Part shown: one piece after another, positions 9,707-19,975 of the stretch
How the letters are laid out: every line of letters begins with the position of its first letter
Position numbering within the stretch: position 1 is the first letter of the stretch
From: Salinibacterium sp.
Lineage (GTDB): Bacteria; Actinomycetota; Actinomycetes; Actinomycetales; Microbacteriaceae
Direction of reading: 5' to 3'
NCBI GenBank assembly: GCA_043721995.1
Contig: JAYSPT010000100.1
Span: 6,592-70,591 of the forward strand
Length of the DNA: 64,000 nucleotides
Made by a program: the position numbers and the translations under genes
The notes under the pieces: model-generated
Told to the model about the DNA's origin: nothing
What the model saw: the letters and a program-made list of their open reading frames with translations, nothing else
Database searches by the model: none

Positions 9707-11017
9707 GTGACTAGCTCATCGGATGCTCACGGCCCTGCAGGAGCCGAAATGGCCACGCTGCATTTCCCGGGCGGCACCGCTGAGTTTCCGATCGTTCGTG
9801 CTACCGACGGTAACGACAGCATCGACATCTCAACCCTGCTGAAGCAGACCGGTCTTACGACGCTTGACCAGGGCTTCGTCAACACCGCGTCTACTCGCAG
9901 TGAGATTACCTATATCGACGGCGATGCGGGCATCCTGCGTTACCGGGGCTACGCAATTGAGGACGTCGCGAAGAATTCTACGTATCTCGAGGTTGCGTGG
10001 CTTTTGATCTATGGCGAGTTGCCGACGCCCGACGAGCTCGCACACTTTGACGATCGCATTCGTCGTCACACGCTGCTGCATGAAGATCTCAGGCGCTTTT
10101 TTGACGCACTGCCCCACAACGCCCACCCGATGTCCGTGCTCTCGAGTGCCGTATCTGCACTGTCCATGTTTTATCAGGATTCGCTCAACGTGCACGACCC
10201 CGAGCAGGTGGAGATCTCCACGATCCGCCTGCTGGCTAAACTGCCGGTCATTGCCGCGTACGCGCACAAGAAAGCGCTCGGCCAAGCGTTTCTCTACCCA
10301 GACAATTCGCTGAGCTTCGTCGACAACTTCCTGAAGCTGAACTTTGGCACGATGGCCGAGTCCTATGAGGGCAATCCGGTGCTGAGCAGGGCACTGGATC
10401 GCCTGTTGATCCTGCACGAAGATCACGAGCAGAACGCATCGACCTCGACGGTACGACTGGTGGGCTCCACGGAGGCCAACCTCTTCGCCTCGATTTCGGC
10501 AGGCATCAACGCCCTGTACGGCCCGCTGCACGGTGGTGCAAACGAGGCGGTGTTGAACATGCTCGGCGACATCCAGCGATCTGGTGAGGGCGTACAGAGG
10601 TTCATCGAACGGGTCAAGAACAAGGAAGACGGCGTGCGCCTGATGGGCTTCGGCCATCGGGTTTACAAGAACTTCGACCCACGCGCGCTGCTCGTGAAGG
10701 AGAGCGCCGATGAGGTCCTCGAGGCCTTGGGTGTTAAGGATGACCTGCTCGACATCGCGAAGGAACTCGAGCAGGCCGCTCTCGCCGACGACTATTTCCG
10801 CGAACGCAAGCTCTACCCCAATGTGGACTTCTATACCGGAGTGATCTACAAGGCGATGGGATTTCCCACGCGGATGTTCACCGTGCTGTTCGCGATCGGT
10901 CGGCTGCCCGGCTGGATCGCCAACTGGCGCGAGATGAGCGAAGATCCGTACACGAAGATAGGCCGTCCGCAGCAGCTCTACCTGGGCGAAAGGGAGCGGC
11001 CCTGGCCGCAGCGTTGA
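9707..11017 (+). CDS. gltA: Citrate synthase (type II)
   Basis: ITYIDGDAGILRYRGY, HEDHEQNAST, GPLHGGANE, GFGHRVYK, PNVDFY. Confidence 0.97.
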   Translation: MTSSSDAHGPAGAEMATLHFPGGTAEFPIVRATDGNDSIDISTLLKQTGLTTLDQGFVNTASTRSEITYIDGDAGILRYRGYAIEDVAKNSTYLEVAWLLIYGELPTPDELAHFDDRIRRHTLLHEDLRRFFDALPHNAHPMSVLSSAVSALSMFYQDSLNVHDPEQVEISTIRLLAKLPVIAAYAHKKALGQAFLYPDNSLSFVDNFLKLNFGTMAESYEGNPVLSRALDRLLILHEDHEQNASTSTVRLVGSTEANLFASISAGINALYGPLHGGANEAVLNMLGDIQRSGEGVQRFIERVKNKEDGVRLMGFGHRVYKNFDPRALLVKESADEVLEALGVKDDLLDIAKELEQAALADDYFRERKLYPNVDFYTGVIYKAMGFPTRMFTVLFAIGRLPGWIANWREMSEDPYTKIGRPQQLYLGERERPWPQR

Positions 11018-11030
11018 GTGTGCCCGATCA

Positions 11031-11996
11031 TCACGCGTGCAGGGCGGTATTGAGTTCCACGCCTTTGCCTGAGCGGGGCAGCACCTCGACGGTTCCCGTG
11101 AGGGAATTCCGACGGAAGAGCAGGCCAGGTACGCCGCTCAGGTCGATGGCCTTGACGGCTATCGGTGAGCCGTCAGCGGTTACTGCGCCATTGAGCACGA
11201 CTACCTTGGTGCCCGCCGTCACGTAGAGGCCAGCCTCGACCACGGTGTCGTCACCGATCGAGATTCCGATCCCCGAATTCGCGCCTAACAGTGCCCTGCG
11301 GCCGATTGTGACCCGCTCGGTTCCGCCGCCGCTGAGTGTGCCCATGATGGACGCACCGCCCCCGATATCCGCTCCATCGCCGACGACGACCCCCTGTGAG
11401 ATGCGGCCCTCGACCATCGATGCGCCGAGGGTGCCCGCATTGAAGTTGACGAATCCCTCGTGCATCACGGTGGTGCCGGGGGAGAGGTGTGCCCCAAGTC
11501 GTACGCGCGACGCGTCCGCGATACGAACGCGGACGGGTGAGACGTAGTCGATGAGTCGGGGGAACTTGTCGATGCCGGTTGCGGCGATACCGGCGCGCTG
11601 CAGCGCGGGCCGCATCCGTTCGAAATCGTCCGGATGGATCGGGCCGGCATTCGTCCACACCACGATCGCCAGGTGCGCGAAGATGCCTTCCAGGTTGATC
11701 GTGTTGGGTTGCACGAGCAGGTGGCTGAGCAGGTGGAGGCGCAGGTATGCGTCAGGTGTGGATACGGGCGCGGCATCGAGATCGATTTCCGCGGTAACGA
11801 AATTGAGGGTGACGTTGCGTCGCTCGTCGGAACCCTCGAGCGCCTCGAATGCGGCCGGTGCAATATGCGGGTCGCGGCCCGGCGGGGTGGCCCCGAGGGA
11901 CGGGCGCGGATACCAGGTGTCGAGCACTGTGCCCGCGGACGATCCCTGTGCGACGACGGTGGCGAGACCGTAGCCCCAGGCTGTGCGCGAACTCAT
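11031..11996 (-). CDS. dapD: Tetrahydrodipicolinate N-succinyltransferase (actinobacterial type)
   Basis: Starts [10 protein letters not shown]; [46 protein letters not shown]. The ORF-track 11031-13043 call over-extends upstream. Confidence 0.95.
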   Translation of the reverse strand: MSSRTAWGYGLATVVAQGSSAGTVLDTWYPRPSLGATPPGRDPHIAPAAFEALEGSDERRNVTLNFVTAEIDLDAAPVSTPDAYLRLHLLSHLLVQPNTINLEGIFAHLAIVVWTNAGPIHPDDFERMRPALQRAGIAATGIDKFPRLIDYVSPVRVRIADASRVRLGAHLSPGTTVMHEGFVNFNAGTLGASMVEGRISQGVVVGDGADIGGGASIMGTLSGGGTERVTIGRRALLGANSGIGISIGDDTVVEAGLYVTAGTKVVVLNGAVTADGSPIAVKAIDLSGVPGLLFRRNSLTGTVEVLPRSGKGVELNTALHA

Positions 11997-12023
11997 ACCG
12001 CCAAGAGTACTTAAACTAGGGCT
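11997..12023. promoter_or_regulatory. Overlapping divergent leaderless promoters (dapD/dapE)
   Basis: TAAACT (12012-12017) 6 nt before the dapE GTG; TACTCT on the - strand (12004-12009) 7 nt before the dapD ATG; no SD on either side. Confidence 0.6.
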
Positions 12024-13121
12024 GTGCCCGTTGCCGACTCCAGCCCGACCGTGCTCGACGCGTTGTCTTCCAGCCCCGAGTTGACCCGACAGCTGTGCGA
12101 CATCGAATCGGTGTCGGGTAACGAAGGCGCGATCGCCGATGCGATTGATTCGACGCTCGCGCACTGTGCGCACCTCGAAGTCACGCGCGATGGGGACGCG
12201 ATCGTCGCCCGCACGACGCTCGGGCGCGCTCGAAGGGTCGTCATCGCCGGACACATAGACACCGTGCCGGTGAACCACAACCTGCCGGTGACGACCAGCA
12301 CGATCGACGGAATCGACTACCTCGTGGGTCGCGGCACGGTCGATATGAAAGGGGCCGTCGCGATCGCACTCAAGCTTGCGGTTGAGTTGAGCGCGCCGAG
12401 CGTGGATGTGACGTGGATCTTCTATGACCATGAGGAGGTATCGAGCGAGCTCAATGGGCTGGGCAGGCTCGCATCCCATCGTCCCGACCTGTTGGCGGGT
12501 GACTTCGCGATTCTCGGCGAACCGACCAACGCAACGGTCGAAGGTGGCTGCAACGGCACAGCGCGCGTCGATGTACGCCTGCACGGCACGCGGGCGCACT
12601 CGGCACGCTCGTGGGTCGGACACAACGCGATTCATGATGCCGCCGGTGTGCTTGCGATCCTGGCCGCCTATGAGCCGGCCAGCGTTGAGGTCGATGGCCT
12701 GCTCTACCGCGAGGGACTCAACGCCGTCGGTATCACGGGCGGGGTCGCGGGCAACGTGATTCCAGACGAGGCCGTAGTGAACATCAACTACCGCTTCGCG
12801 CCCAGCCGCACGGCCGACGAGGCGATCCAACACCTGCGCGACACGTTCGCCGGGTACGACATGACGGTCACTGACCTCGCCGAGGGAGCCCGCCCCGGGT
12901 TGGATGCTCCCCTCGCGCAGGAGTTCCTGAGCGCGGTCGGCGGGGTGGCAGCTCCCAAGTACGGCTGGACGGATGTCGCGCGCTTCTCCGCCCTCGGAAT
13001 TCCCGCGGTCAACTATGGACCCGGAGATCCCCTGAAGGCGCATGCTGACGACGAGCGCGTGGCAGTCGATGAGATTGTCGCTGTCGAGCGAGGACTGCGC
13101 GCGTGGCTTACAGCGGGGTGA
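12024..13121 (+). CDS. dapE: Succinyl-diaminopimelate desuccinylase
   Basis: M20 motifs [47 protein letters not shown]. Confidence 0.95.
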   Translation: MPVADSSPTVLDALSSSPELTRQLCDIESVSGNEGAIADAIDSTLAHCAHLEVTRDGDAIVARTTLGRARRVVIAGHIDTVPVNHNLPVTTSTIDGIDYLVGRGTVDMKGAVAIALKLAVELSAPSVDVTWIFYDHEEVSSELNGLGRLASHRPDLLAGDFAILGEPTNATVEGGCNGTARVDVRLHGTRAHSARSWVGHNAIHDAAGVLAILAAYEPASVEVDGLLYREGLNAVGITGGVAGNVIPDEAVVNINYRFAPSRTADEAIQHLRDTFAGYDMTVTDLAEGARPGLDAPLAQEFLSAVGGVAAPKYGWTDVARFSALGIPAVNYGPGDPLKAHADDERVAVDEIVAVERGLRAWLTAG

Positions 13122-14320
13122 GCACGAGTCTCGTAGTTCGGTACCGGCTCACCTACTGGTGGGTGAAGGTCATCGCGATCTTCATGCTTTCACGCATCGT
13201 CACCACGATCATCCTGCTCGCCTTCGCGGCGATCCAGGGTAAGAACTCCTGGACGGACCCGAGACCCGGGTACTTCGACTTCGCGTCGATCTGGGATGGC
13301 CACTGGTACTACATCATCACGGTCGCCGGGTATCCCGCCCAGTTGCCACTGACCAACTCCGGTCATGTCGGTGAGAATGCCTGGGCGTTCATGCCGGCCT
13401 ACCCGGCACTGGTGCGCCTCCTGATGGCCTTCCCGTTCATCGACTTCACCGTTGCCTCGGTGCTGGTCACCGTGGGCTTCGCACTGGGAACCGCGCTCGT
13501 GTTCTACCGCCTCATGCACCTGTTCCTGCCATCCGGCACCGCACTCTTCTCGGTCGTGCTGTTCTGCTTCGCCCCACTCTCCCCGATCCTGCAGGTCGCG
13601 TACGCAGAGTCGATGCACACCTTCTTCCTCGCCCTCGCCCTTTACCTGCTGGTGCAGCGACGGTACTGGACGATGCTCCCCGTGATCGCCGTGATGTCGC
13701 TCACCAGGCCCAGCGGGCTGGCATTCGCACTCGCGATGCTCATGCACGTGGTCTACCGATTCTGGCGGCGAAGGCGCGAAGATTTCCCAACAAACGAAGT
13801 GATCGCATCCCTCATAGTCGGGCTGTTCAGTGCGTTTATGGGTATTGCCTGGGTGCTCATTGCCTGGGCGCTCACGGGTTCGCTGAGTGCGTATCCGGAC
13901 ACCGAACTCGCCTGGCGTTCGGCATACGTCGGCTATCAGCAGTTGATACCGTTCACGCCGTGGATTCAAGCCGCGGGGTTCTGGGCGCCAGAGTTCGGCA
14001 TTCCACTTCCGGCGCTGCTCGCGATTGTGGGAGTGGTCGTCGTGGCGTTCTTCGGTGCACTGTTCACGCCGTGGGCGCGCAGGTTGGGCCCGGACATCCG
14101 ATTCTGGCTGGCCTCGTATGCCCTCTACCTGCTGGCCGTATTTTTCCCGCAGTCGAGCACGTTCCGCCTGCTGGTGCCTATGTTTCCGGCGCTCGGTGCA
14201 TTCGCTCAGCCCAGGTCTTTGGGCTACCGGATCGGTATTGTGGTGTTCTTTGTTGCGTGCCAGGTGGGGTGGGTCTACATCGCATGGTGGGTGAACGGCT
14301 ACGACTGGACGCCGCCGTGA
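13118..14320 (+). CDS. Polytopic GT-C-fold glycosyltransferase (PIG-V/mannosyltransferase-like)
   Basis: WDGHWY, AFMPAYP, YAES and RPSG motifs in a ~10-TM protein; GTG start overlaps the dapE stop (GTGA). Confidence 0.65.
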   Translation: MSTSLVVRYRLTYWWVKVIAIFMLSRIVTTIILLAFAAIQGKNSWTDPRPGYFDFASIWDGHWYYIITVAGYPAQLPLTNSGHVGENAWAFMPAYPALVRLLMAFPFIDFTVASVLVTVGFALGTALVFYRLMHLFLPSGTALFSVVLFCFAPLSPILQVAYAESMHTFFLALALYLLVQRRYWTMLPVIAVMSLTRPSGLAFALAMLMHVVYRFWRRRREDFPTNEVIASLIVGLFSAFMGIAWVLIAWALTGSLSAYPDTELAWRSAYVGYQQLIPFTPWIQAAGFWAPEFGIPLPALLAIVGVVVVAFFGALFTPWARRLGPDIRFWLASYALYLLAVFFPQSSTFRLLVPMFPALGAFAQPRSLGYRIGIVVFFVACQVGWVYIAWWVNGYDWTPP

Positions 14321-14395
14321 TGCGCGGTGCGTGCGGTTGGGTAGCCGCGACTCAGTAGGGGATAATAGAGATATCCGCGTGAAAGGGGATTACCG

Positions 14396-14569
14396 ATGGC
14401 AGCCATGAAACCGAGGACCGGTGACGGGCCGATGGAGGCTGTCAAGGAAGGTCGCCTCATCATCGTTCGCGTGCCCCTTGAGGGCGGTGGACGGCTTGTC
14501 GTCTCCGTCAACGACGCCGAGGCCAAGGAACTGCATGATGCGCTCGCGGGAGTCGTAACTCCGGCCTAG
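14396..14569 (+). CDS. DUF3117 small protein (57 aa), not in the ORF track
   Basis: MAAMKPRTGDGPMEAVKEGRLIIVRVPLEGGGRLVVSVNDAEAKELHDAL; SD gaaagggg. Confidence 0.9.
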   Translation: MAAMKPRTGDGPMEAVKEGRLIIVRVPLEGGGRLVVSVNDAEAKELHDALAGVVTPA

Positions 14570-15198
14570 TCCGCCACCTTCACCAAGTGAAGGAGTCCAT
14601 CTCCCACCGGGGACAGCGCGCTCAGCACGGCCGGCGAACCGGCAATTTCACCGAGAAGCATGCGGAATTCGGCGACAATTTGGTCGCGCTGAGCAGGGTC
14701 GGCAACCCTTCCGCGCCACAGAGCATGGGCGACGAGCACGCTTCCGTTGGGGCGAACCATCCGCAGTCCGTGCTCCACGTATTCAATGACCGATGCCGGA
14801 TCCGCGTCGATGAAAGCGATGTCGTAGCTGCCCTCATTCATGCGAGGCAGCACGTCAGCCGCCCGACCGGCAATCAGGCGGATGCGATTGGGTGCGATCC
14901 CGGCATCGATGAACGCTCGGCGCGCCGCCTGCTGGTAGTCAAGCTCGGAGTCGATGCTTGTGAGCACCGCGTTCGGTGCACCCGACATCAGCCAGAGGCC
15001 GCTGACACCCAGGCCGGTGCCGACTTCGATGATGCTGGATGCATTACTCGCGGCCGCGATGACCGCCAGTTGCGCGCCTACCGAGGCGCTCACCGGCTCA
15101 ACTCCGAGTTCGAGCGAGTGCAATCGTGCCTGACTGATGTCGGCGCGCTCCGGCCCGAACTCCTCGGCAAATTTCCAACTCAGCAGTTTTTCAGCCAT
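14566..15198 (-). CDS. SAM-dependent O-methyltransferase (Rv1220c-like)
   Basis: IEVGTGLGVSG motif I, YDIAFIDAD; conserved position before tatB. Confidence 0.88.
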   Translation of the reverse strand: MAEKLLSWKFAEEFGPERADISQARLHSLELGVEPVSASVGAQLAVIAAASNASSIIEVGTGLGVSGLWLMSGAPNAVLTSIDSELDYQQAARRAFIDAGIAPNRIRLIAGRAADVLPRMNEGSYDIAFIDADPASVIEYVEHGLRMVRPNGSVLVAHALWRGRVADPAQRDQIVAEFRMLLGEIAGSPAVLSALSPVGDGLLHLVKVAD

Positions 15199-15263
15199 TC
15201 TGTTCCCTCGTCACGTGCCCCACTCTAGGTGTAGCTCGCAGGCCCAGCGGTTATCCTGAGCGG

Positions 15264-15626
15264 GTGTCCTTCGGCCTCACCTTCGACAAGCTTCTGATCA
15301 TTGGGATCATTGCAGTGTTTGTGGTGGGTCCAGAACGTCTGCCTTACTACGCATCGCAACTCGCGAAGCTCGTCAAGACCCTGCGCATCATGGCGAACGG
15401 CGCCAAAGAGCGCGTGCGCGAGGAGATGGGTCCTGACTTCGATGACATCGACTGGAAGAAACTCGACCCCCGGCAGTACGACCCTCGCCGGATCATCCGG
15501 GAGGCACTCGCCGACGTTGATGAGCCTGTCACGGTGCTGAAGCCACCCATGGAATCCGCGTACGCACAGCGACAGCGATTCCTTGCCGAGGGCCGTCCCG
15601 CGCCGTACGACAGCGAAGCCACGTAA
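15264..15626 (+). CDS. tatB: Sec-independent translocase subunit TatB
   Basis: FGLTFDKLLIIGIIAVFVVGPERLP; DPRQYDPRRIIREAL; YDSEAT terminus. Confidence 0.92.
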   Translation: MSFGLTFDKLLIIGIIAVFVVGPERLPYYASQLAKLVKTLRIMANGAKERVREEMGPDFDDIDWKKLDPRQYDPRRIIREALADVDEPVTVLKPPMESAYAQRQRFLAEGRPAPYDSEAT

Positions 15627-15645
15627 TTCGCTACACTCGCACCAA

Positions 15646-15804
15646 ATGCCTGACCAGCGAGTGCTCACGCGAAGGACTGTCGCCACCTACGCCATCGGCT
15701 CGTTGGGAACGTGCGGCTTTGCCACTCTCCCGGGTCTCGTGCTGGTGTTCTAGCTGACCGACACACTCAGGGTGGCGGCGCTGGCCGCCGGCATCCTCTT
15801 CTAG
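15646..15804 (+). pseudogene. N-terminal remnant of a GPH/MelB-type MFS transporter
   Basis: MPDQRVLTRRTVATYAIGSLGTCGFATLPGLVLVF*LTDTLRVAALAAGILF*; in-frame TAG at 15751 and 15802; TACACT -10 upstream; no continuation. Confidence 0.7.
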
Positions 15805-15913
15805 GTGCCGTACATCGCACTTCCAGCTTGTGTTAAGAGCATGGAAATTCTCGGTGGTGCTGCAGCGCGCGCGTGACCCAAGAACTTCGTCCAGCCATCG
15901 CAAGCGGCGCGAG

Positions 15914-16825
15914 TTATGCGTTCGCCAGCTCGACCCTCGCGGCCTCTGCTTGAAGGGCCTCCACTACAGCACGGACCGACGGCCGTTCGGCGCGGTCGGG
16001 CCGCATCAGTGCGGAGATCAATCGCGATGCTCGAACGCCCGACAGCGGCCTCGAAATCAGACCGTTCTCGCGGCCGCGGGTCGTGAAGCGCGGCAGGATT
16101 CCGATTCCCCGACCGGCGGCCACGAGCGACTCGACGATGCCGTTATCGATGAAGCGCTGGGCGATGTGGGCGGGACTGCCGTTGACCGCTTCTATGCTGC
16201 GCAGGATGCGGTCAAATGGCAGCATCGACAGCGTTCCGATCCATGTTTCATTGATCAGGTCGGCCGGCGTGAGCACGCTCTTGCGGCCAAGGGGGTGGCC
16301 GACCGGCAGTGCGACATCCAACGGCTCTCGCATGAGGGGTACAACCGTCAGCCGCCGCTGTGTCCAGGTGGGCAGGATGCCCGGCGCGTCGGCCACCACG
16401 ATATCGAAGTTTGACGTCAGATCGCCCAGGTCAGTTACGACGCCGTCGAGGTCGCGACAGGTCAAGGACAGGCCCGGCAAACTCTCCACCGCGCCGAGGA
16501 GCCCGGGCAGGAGCATTTGGCCACCGGTGGGGAAGATTGCCAGAGTGACTTCACCGCGAGGTTGAGAGCGAAAATCCTCCCACAGCGCTTCGGCGCGAGC
16601 GATGGCAATGGCGACATCCGTTGCTGTGCGGGCGAGCGCTTTCCCCGCCGAGGTGAGCACGATTCCGCGTCCCGCGCGCTCAGTAAGAGGAACTCCGGCC
16701 TCCCGCTCGAGAATCTTCAGTTGCTGGGAAACCGCGGATGCTGTGCGGTTCGTGGCGCGAGCAACTGCGGTCACGCTGCCCCGGTCTGCGAGCTCGCGCA
16801 GGAGTTCCAGCCGCGCGATATCCAT
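15914..16825 (-). CDS. LysR-family transcriptional regulator
   Basis: N-terminal HTH (GSVTAVARATNRTASAVSQQLKILEREAG) plus substrate-binding domain. Confidence 0.95.
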   Translation of the reverse strand: MDIARLELLRELADRGSVTAVARATNRTASAVSQQLKILEREAGVPLTERAGRGIVLTSAGKALARTATDVAIAIARAEALWEDFRSQPRGEVTLAIFPTGGQMLLPGLLGAVESLPGLSLTCRDLDGVVTDLGDLTSNFDIVVADAPGILPTWTQRRLTVVPLMREPLDVALPVGHPLGRKSVLTPADLINETWIGTLSMLPFDRILRSIEAVNGSPAHIAQRFIDNGIVESLVAAGRGIGILPRFTTRGRENGLISRPLSGVRASRLISALMRPDRAERPSVRAVVEALQAEAARVELANA

Positions 16826-16839
16826 GTAGCTAGGCTACA
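16825..16839. promoter_or_regulatory. Palindromic candidate LysR operator
   Basis: TGTAG-CTAGG-CTACA abutting the LysR start and overlapping its TAGCCT -10; a second CTACA half-site near 16867. Confidence 0.45.
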
Positions 16840-16896
16840 CAGTTATATAAGTAAGACGAGCTTGTTCTACATTGTTTGTGGTTGTGAAATAGCATC

Positions 16897-17007
16897 ATGA
16901 TCATCGTGTTTTTCGTTCTCGCCGCCCTTGCCCTCGTCGGTATCGTCGCCTCTTTCCGCGTTGTCGCCGCCGATGGTTACCGGCGTATCCCGGCCCGTCG
17001 CTCCTAG
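16897..17007 (+). CDS. 36-aa single-TM microprotein divergent from LysR, not in the ORF track
   Basis: MIIVFFVLAALALVGIVASFRVVAADGYRRIPARRS*: hydrophobic helix plus basic tail, GC-biased third codon positions. Confidence 0.65.
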   Translation: MIIVFFVLAALALVGIVASFRVVAADGYRRIPARRS

Positions 17008-17022
17008 TCTGGCGACTCGCTC

Positions 17023-18108
17023 TTAGCTCACCCTCAGGCCGAGCTTTCGGCCCGAGAGGCCGCGGGGTCGCACGGCCAGAATCTCAGCCAGGCGCGACAG
17101 TGCCAGTGCCGACGAATCCTCCGGGTGGGACAGCATGACAGGTACCCCGGCGTCCCCGCCTTCGCGCGCGCCGATGCTGAGCGGTATCGACGCCAGGAGT
17201 TCCGTGCCGAGGCGAGCCGCAACATCCGCGCCACCGCCCGCACCGAAGAGTCCGCCCGCCATATTCTCGACCACGCCGATCACGACCTGGCCGGTCTGGC
17301 GCGCCACGAGTGCGCTGCGCTCGGCAACGATCGCCGCCGCTGGCTGGGGAGTGGTCACGACGATCACCTCCGCCTGTGGCAGTAGCTGGCCGAGCGAGAT
17401 CGCGATATCCCCGGTACCGGGCGGAAGGTCGAGCAGTAGCACGTCAAGGTCGCCGAAGTAGACGTCGGTCAGAAATTGCTGAATCGTGCGGTGCAGCATG
17501 GGTCCGCGCCATGACACCGCGGTGTTTTCCTCGACAAACATACCGATCGAGATCACCTTCACCCCGTGTGCGACCGGTGGCAGGATCATTTCCCCAACCC
17601 GGGTAGGCTTCGCGCCGGCGATGCCGAGCAATCCGGGAATCGAGAATCCAAAAACGTCCGCATCGACCACGCCTACCCGCAGGCCGGCCTGCGCGAGCGC
17701 CACGGCCAGGTTCGCGGTGATTGTCGACTTGCCTACCCCACCTTTGCCGCTCGTGATTGCGTAGATCTGCGTGAGCGACTCCGGCCCGAATTGCACATCC
17801 TTCGGCCTCCCACCGCGCAGCTTCGCAATCAGCGCATCCCGCTCCTGCCGCGACATGATCGCGACATTCACCCGCACGGACGAGACGCCGGGGGTGGAGG
17901 CTACAGCCGCCCGAACATCGCGCTCGATGGTGTCGGCGGCAGGGCATCCGATGATCGTCAGTTTCAGCTGCACCGTTGCGAGCCCGGCGTCGTCGACCTC
18001 TACGCCGCCGATCATGTCGAGCTCGGTTATCGGTCGCCGAATTTCCGGGTCGATGACTTTGCGCAGGTTGTAGAAGATGTTGTTTTCGATCCGTCCGTCC
18101 TCAGACAC
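17023..18108 (-). CDS. mrp: Mrp/ApbC/NBP35 Fe-S carrier ATPase
   Basis: N-terminal DUF59-like segment (VIDPEIRRPITELDM), SGKGGVGKST, DADVFGFS, WRGPM, DLPPGTGD; GTG start at 18108. Confidence 0.93.
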   Translation of the reverse strand: MSEDGRIENNIFYNLRKVIDPEIRRPITELDMIGGVEVDDAGLATVQLKLTIIGCPAADTIERDVRAAVASTPGVSSVRVNVAIMSRQERDALIAKLRGGRPKDVQFGPESLTQIYAITSGKGGVGKSTITANLAVALAQAGLRVGVVDADVFGFSIPGLLGIAGAKPTRVGEMILPPVAHGVKVISIGMFVEENTAVSWRGPMLHRTIQQFLTDVYFGDLDVLLLDLPPGTGDIAISLGQLLPQAEVIVVTTPQPAAAIVAERSALVARQTGQVVIGVVENMAGGLFGAGGGADVAARLGTELLASIPLSIGAREGGDAGVPVMLSHPEDSSALALSRLAEILAVRPRGLSGRKLGLRVS

Positions 18109-18622
18109 GGGTCTTCTCGTCGCTCTTGTCCTTGTCGAGTTCTTCCAGCAGTGAGCGTAGTTCGGCGCGAATGAAGTAATTACTCGCGAGGTCGCGCATG
18201 GCGAGACGAAGAGCGACCACCTCACGTGCGAGGTACTCGGTGTCGTTGAGATTGCGCTCGTCGCGTTGGCGGTCCTGCTCGATCTGCACGCGGTCGCAGT
18301 CATCCTGTCGGTTCTGTGCGAGCAGGATCAGGGGGGCCGCGTAGGACGCCTGCAACGAGAGGATTAGGGTCAGGAGCGTGAAATTCGTGCGCCTCGGGTT
18401 GAACTGTGCTCCGACGGGAGCGGCCGAGTTGTAGGTGAGCCAGAACACCACAAGTACCGTCATCCCGACGAGGAACCACGGGGTGCCCATTGCGCGCGCG
18501 AAATCCTCGGAGAAGCGGCCCATGCGGTCCTGCCTGCGGAATAGCGGGAAATTCGTGCGAAGTCCCGTGGGGGAGTCGAGACGCGAGTCGTTTCGGGTGG
18601 AGCGGGAGTCAGCGCGTGCCAC
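18101..18622 (-). CDS. DUF1003 membrane protein
   Basis: FARAMGTPWF, LTLILSLQASYAAPLILLAQNRQ; strong SD gaaggagg before GTG 18622. Confidence 0.9.
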   Translation of the reverse strand: MARADSRSTRNDSRLDSPTGLRTNFPLFRRQDRMGRFSEDFARAMGTPWFLVGMTVLVVFWLTYNSAAPVGAQFNPRRTNFTLLTLILSLQASYAAPLILLAQNRQDDCDRVQIEQDRQRDERNLNDTEYLAREVVALRLAMRDLASNYFIRAELRSLLEELDKDKSDEKTRV

Positions 18623-18677
18623 TTGGTGCCCTCCTTCCCGTTGTTGGAATCTTTGCGATCGAGGTATCCGAGTAGCG

Positions 18678-19920
18678 TTATTCTTCAGCTTCGGTACTTC
18701 GCCAGTCCTCCGGCAGGAGGTAGTCGAGGACATCGTCAAATGGCCACCACCCCGACCAGGCGGTGGTTCTCGTCAACGACGGGCACCGAGACGAGGTTGT
18801 AGCTCGCGAGAATCCGCGAGACCTCGGCCGCGTTGGCGTCTGCGTGGACGGGTTCGAGGCTCGTGCCGAGGAGCGTGCCGAGGCGCTCGTTCGGCGGGTA
18901 GCGAAGCATCCGCTGGAAGTGCACCATGCCGAGGAACCGACCGGTCGGTGGCTCATAGGGCGGCAGCGCCACGCAGATCGCCGCACCCAGTGCGGGTGCA
19001 AGTTCGTGGCGACGGATGAGCTCAAGGCCCTCGGCCATGGTCGCGTCGGCCGAAACGAGGATCGGCTCGGTCGTCACCAGCCCGCCCGCGGTGTCCGGGG
19101 CATAGGTCAGCAGGAATCGCACGTCCTCCGCTTCCTCGGGCTCCATGAGCCCCAGGAGGGCCTCACCACGCTCGTTGGTGAGGTAGGCAATGAGGTCTGC
19201 TGCGGCGTCCGGCTGCATCTGGTCGAGTACGTCTGCCGCGCGGTCGTCATCGAGCTGGTTCAGGATGTCCACCTGCTCGTTCTCGGGCATTTCCTCGAGC
19301 ACATCGGCGAGCCCGTCATCCGACAGTTCTTCGGCGACTTCGAGCATCCGCTGCCCAGAAAGGCCAAGCATCGCGTTGGCGAGGTCGGCTGGCAGCAGGT
19401 CGGCGTAGCTGGCGACAAGCTGGGTTGCGGACTGCGCTTCCCCGACCGGTGTGTCCTCGATGAGATCGGCCCACTGTGCGAATACCGTTTGCCCCTTGCC
19501 GAACGGCGAGGGTGAGCTCTTGGGCCGCCGAAGGAAGACCTGGCCGATCTCCCACTCGCCATGGCCCATTTCCTCGATTGCGACATCTTCGATGATCGCG
19601 TCACCCGAGCCGTCACACAGACGGACCTTGCTACCGAGCAACTCGGCGATCACGCGAAGCTCACCGCCGCGCTGTTCGAAGCGGCGCAGGTTAACAAGTC
19701 CGGTCGTGATGATCTGCCCTGAGCCGATGCTGGAGACACGGCCGATCGAAAGGAACACTCGACGCTTGCCTGGCACCACGACGATCATCCCGACCACGCG
19801 AGGCGCATCGTTTGTGCGGTAGATGATGAGTACGTCTCTGACCTTGCCGACCTTGTTGCCGTTGGGGTCGAAAACGGAGCACCCGACCAATCGAGCGGCG
19901 AAAACTCTCGTCGTCCTCAC
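18678..19920 (-). pseudogene. MgtE intracellular-domain/CBS protein (PRC + MgtE_N + CBS) with a +1 frameshift near the 3' end
   Basis: Frame 1 ends LVGVVAI* at 18736; the expected DDVLDYLLPEDWR continues in another frame to 18678; removing one base of the AAA at 18738-18740 rejoins the frames. Confidence 0.75.
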
Positions 19921-19975
19921 GCACAAAACCCTACCCCCGGGTGAAAGGTGTGCCTGTGAGTGAAATACTGGGCCG

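Noticed and set aside
11031-13043. 670-aa ORF suggesting a long dapD fusion
   Set aside because: The first ~348 codons are antisense to dapE; the real dapD starts at 11996.
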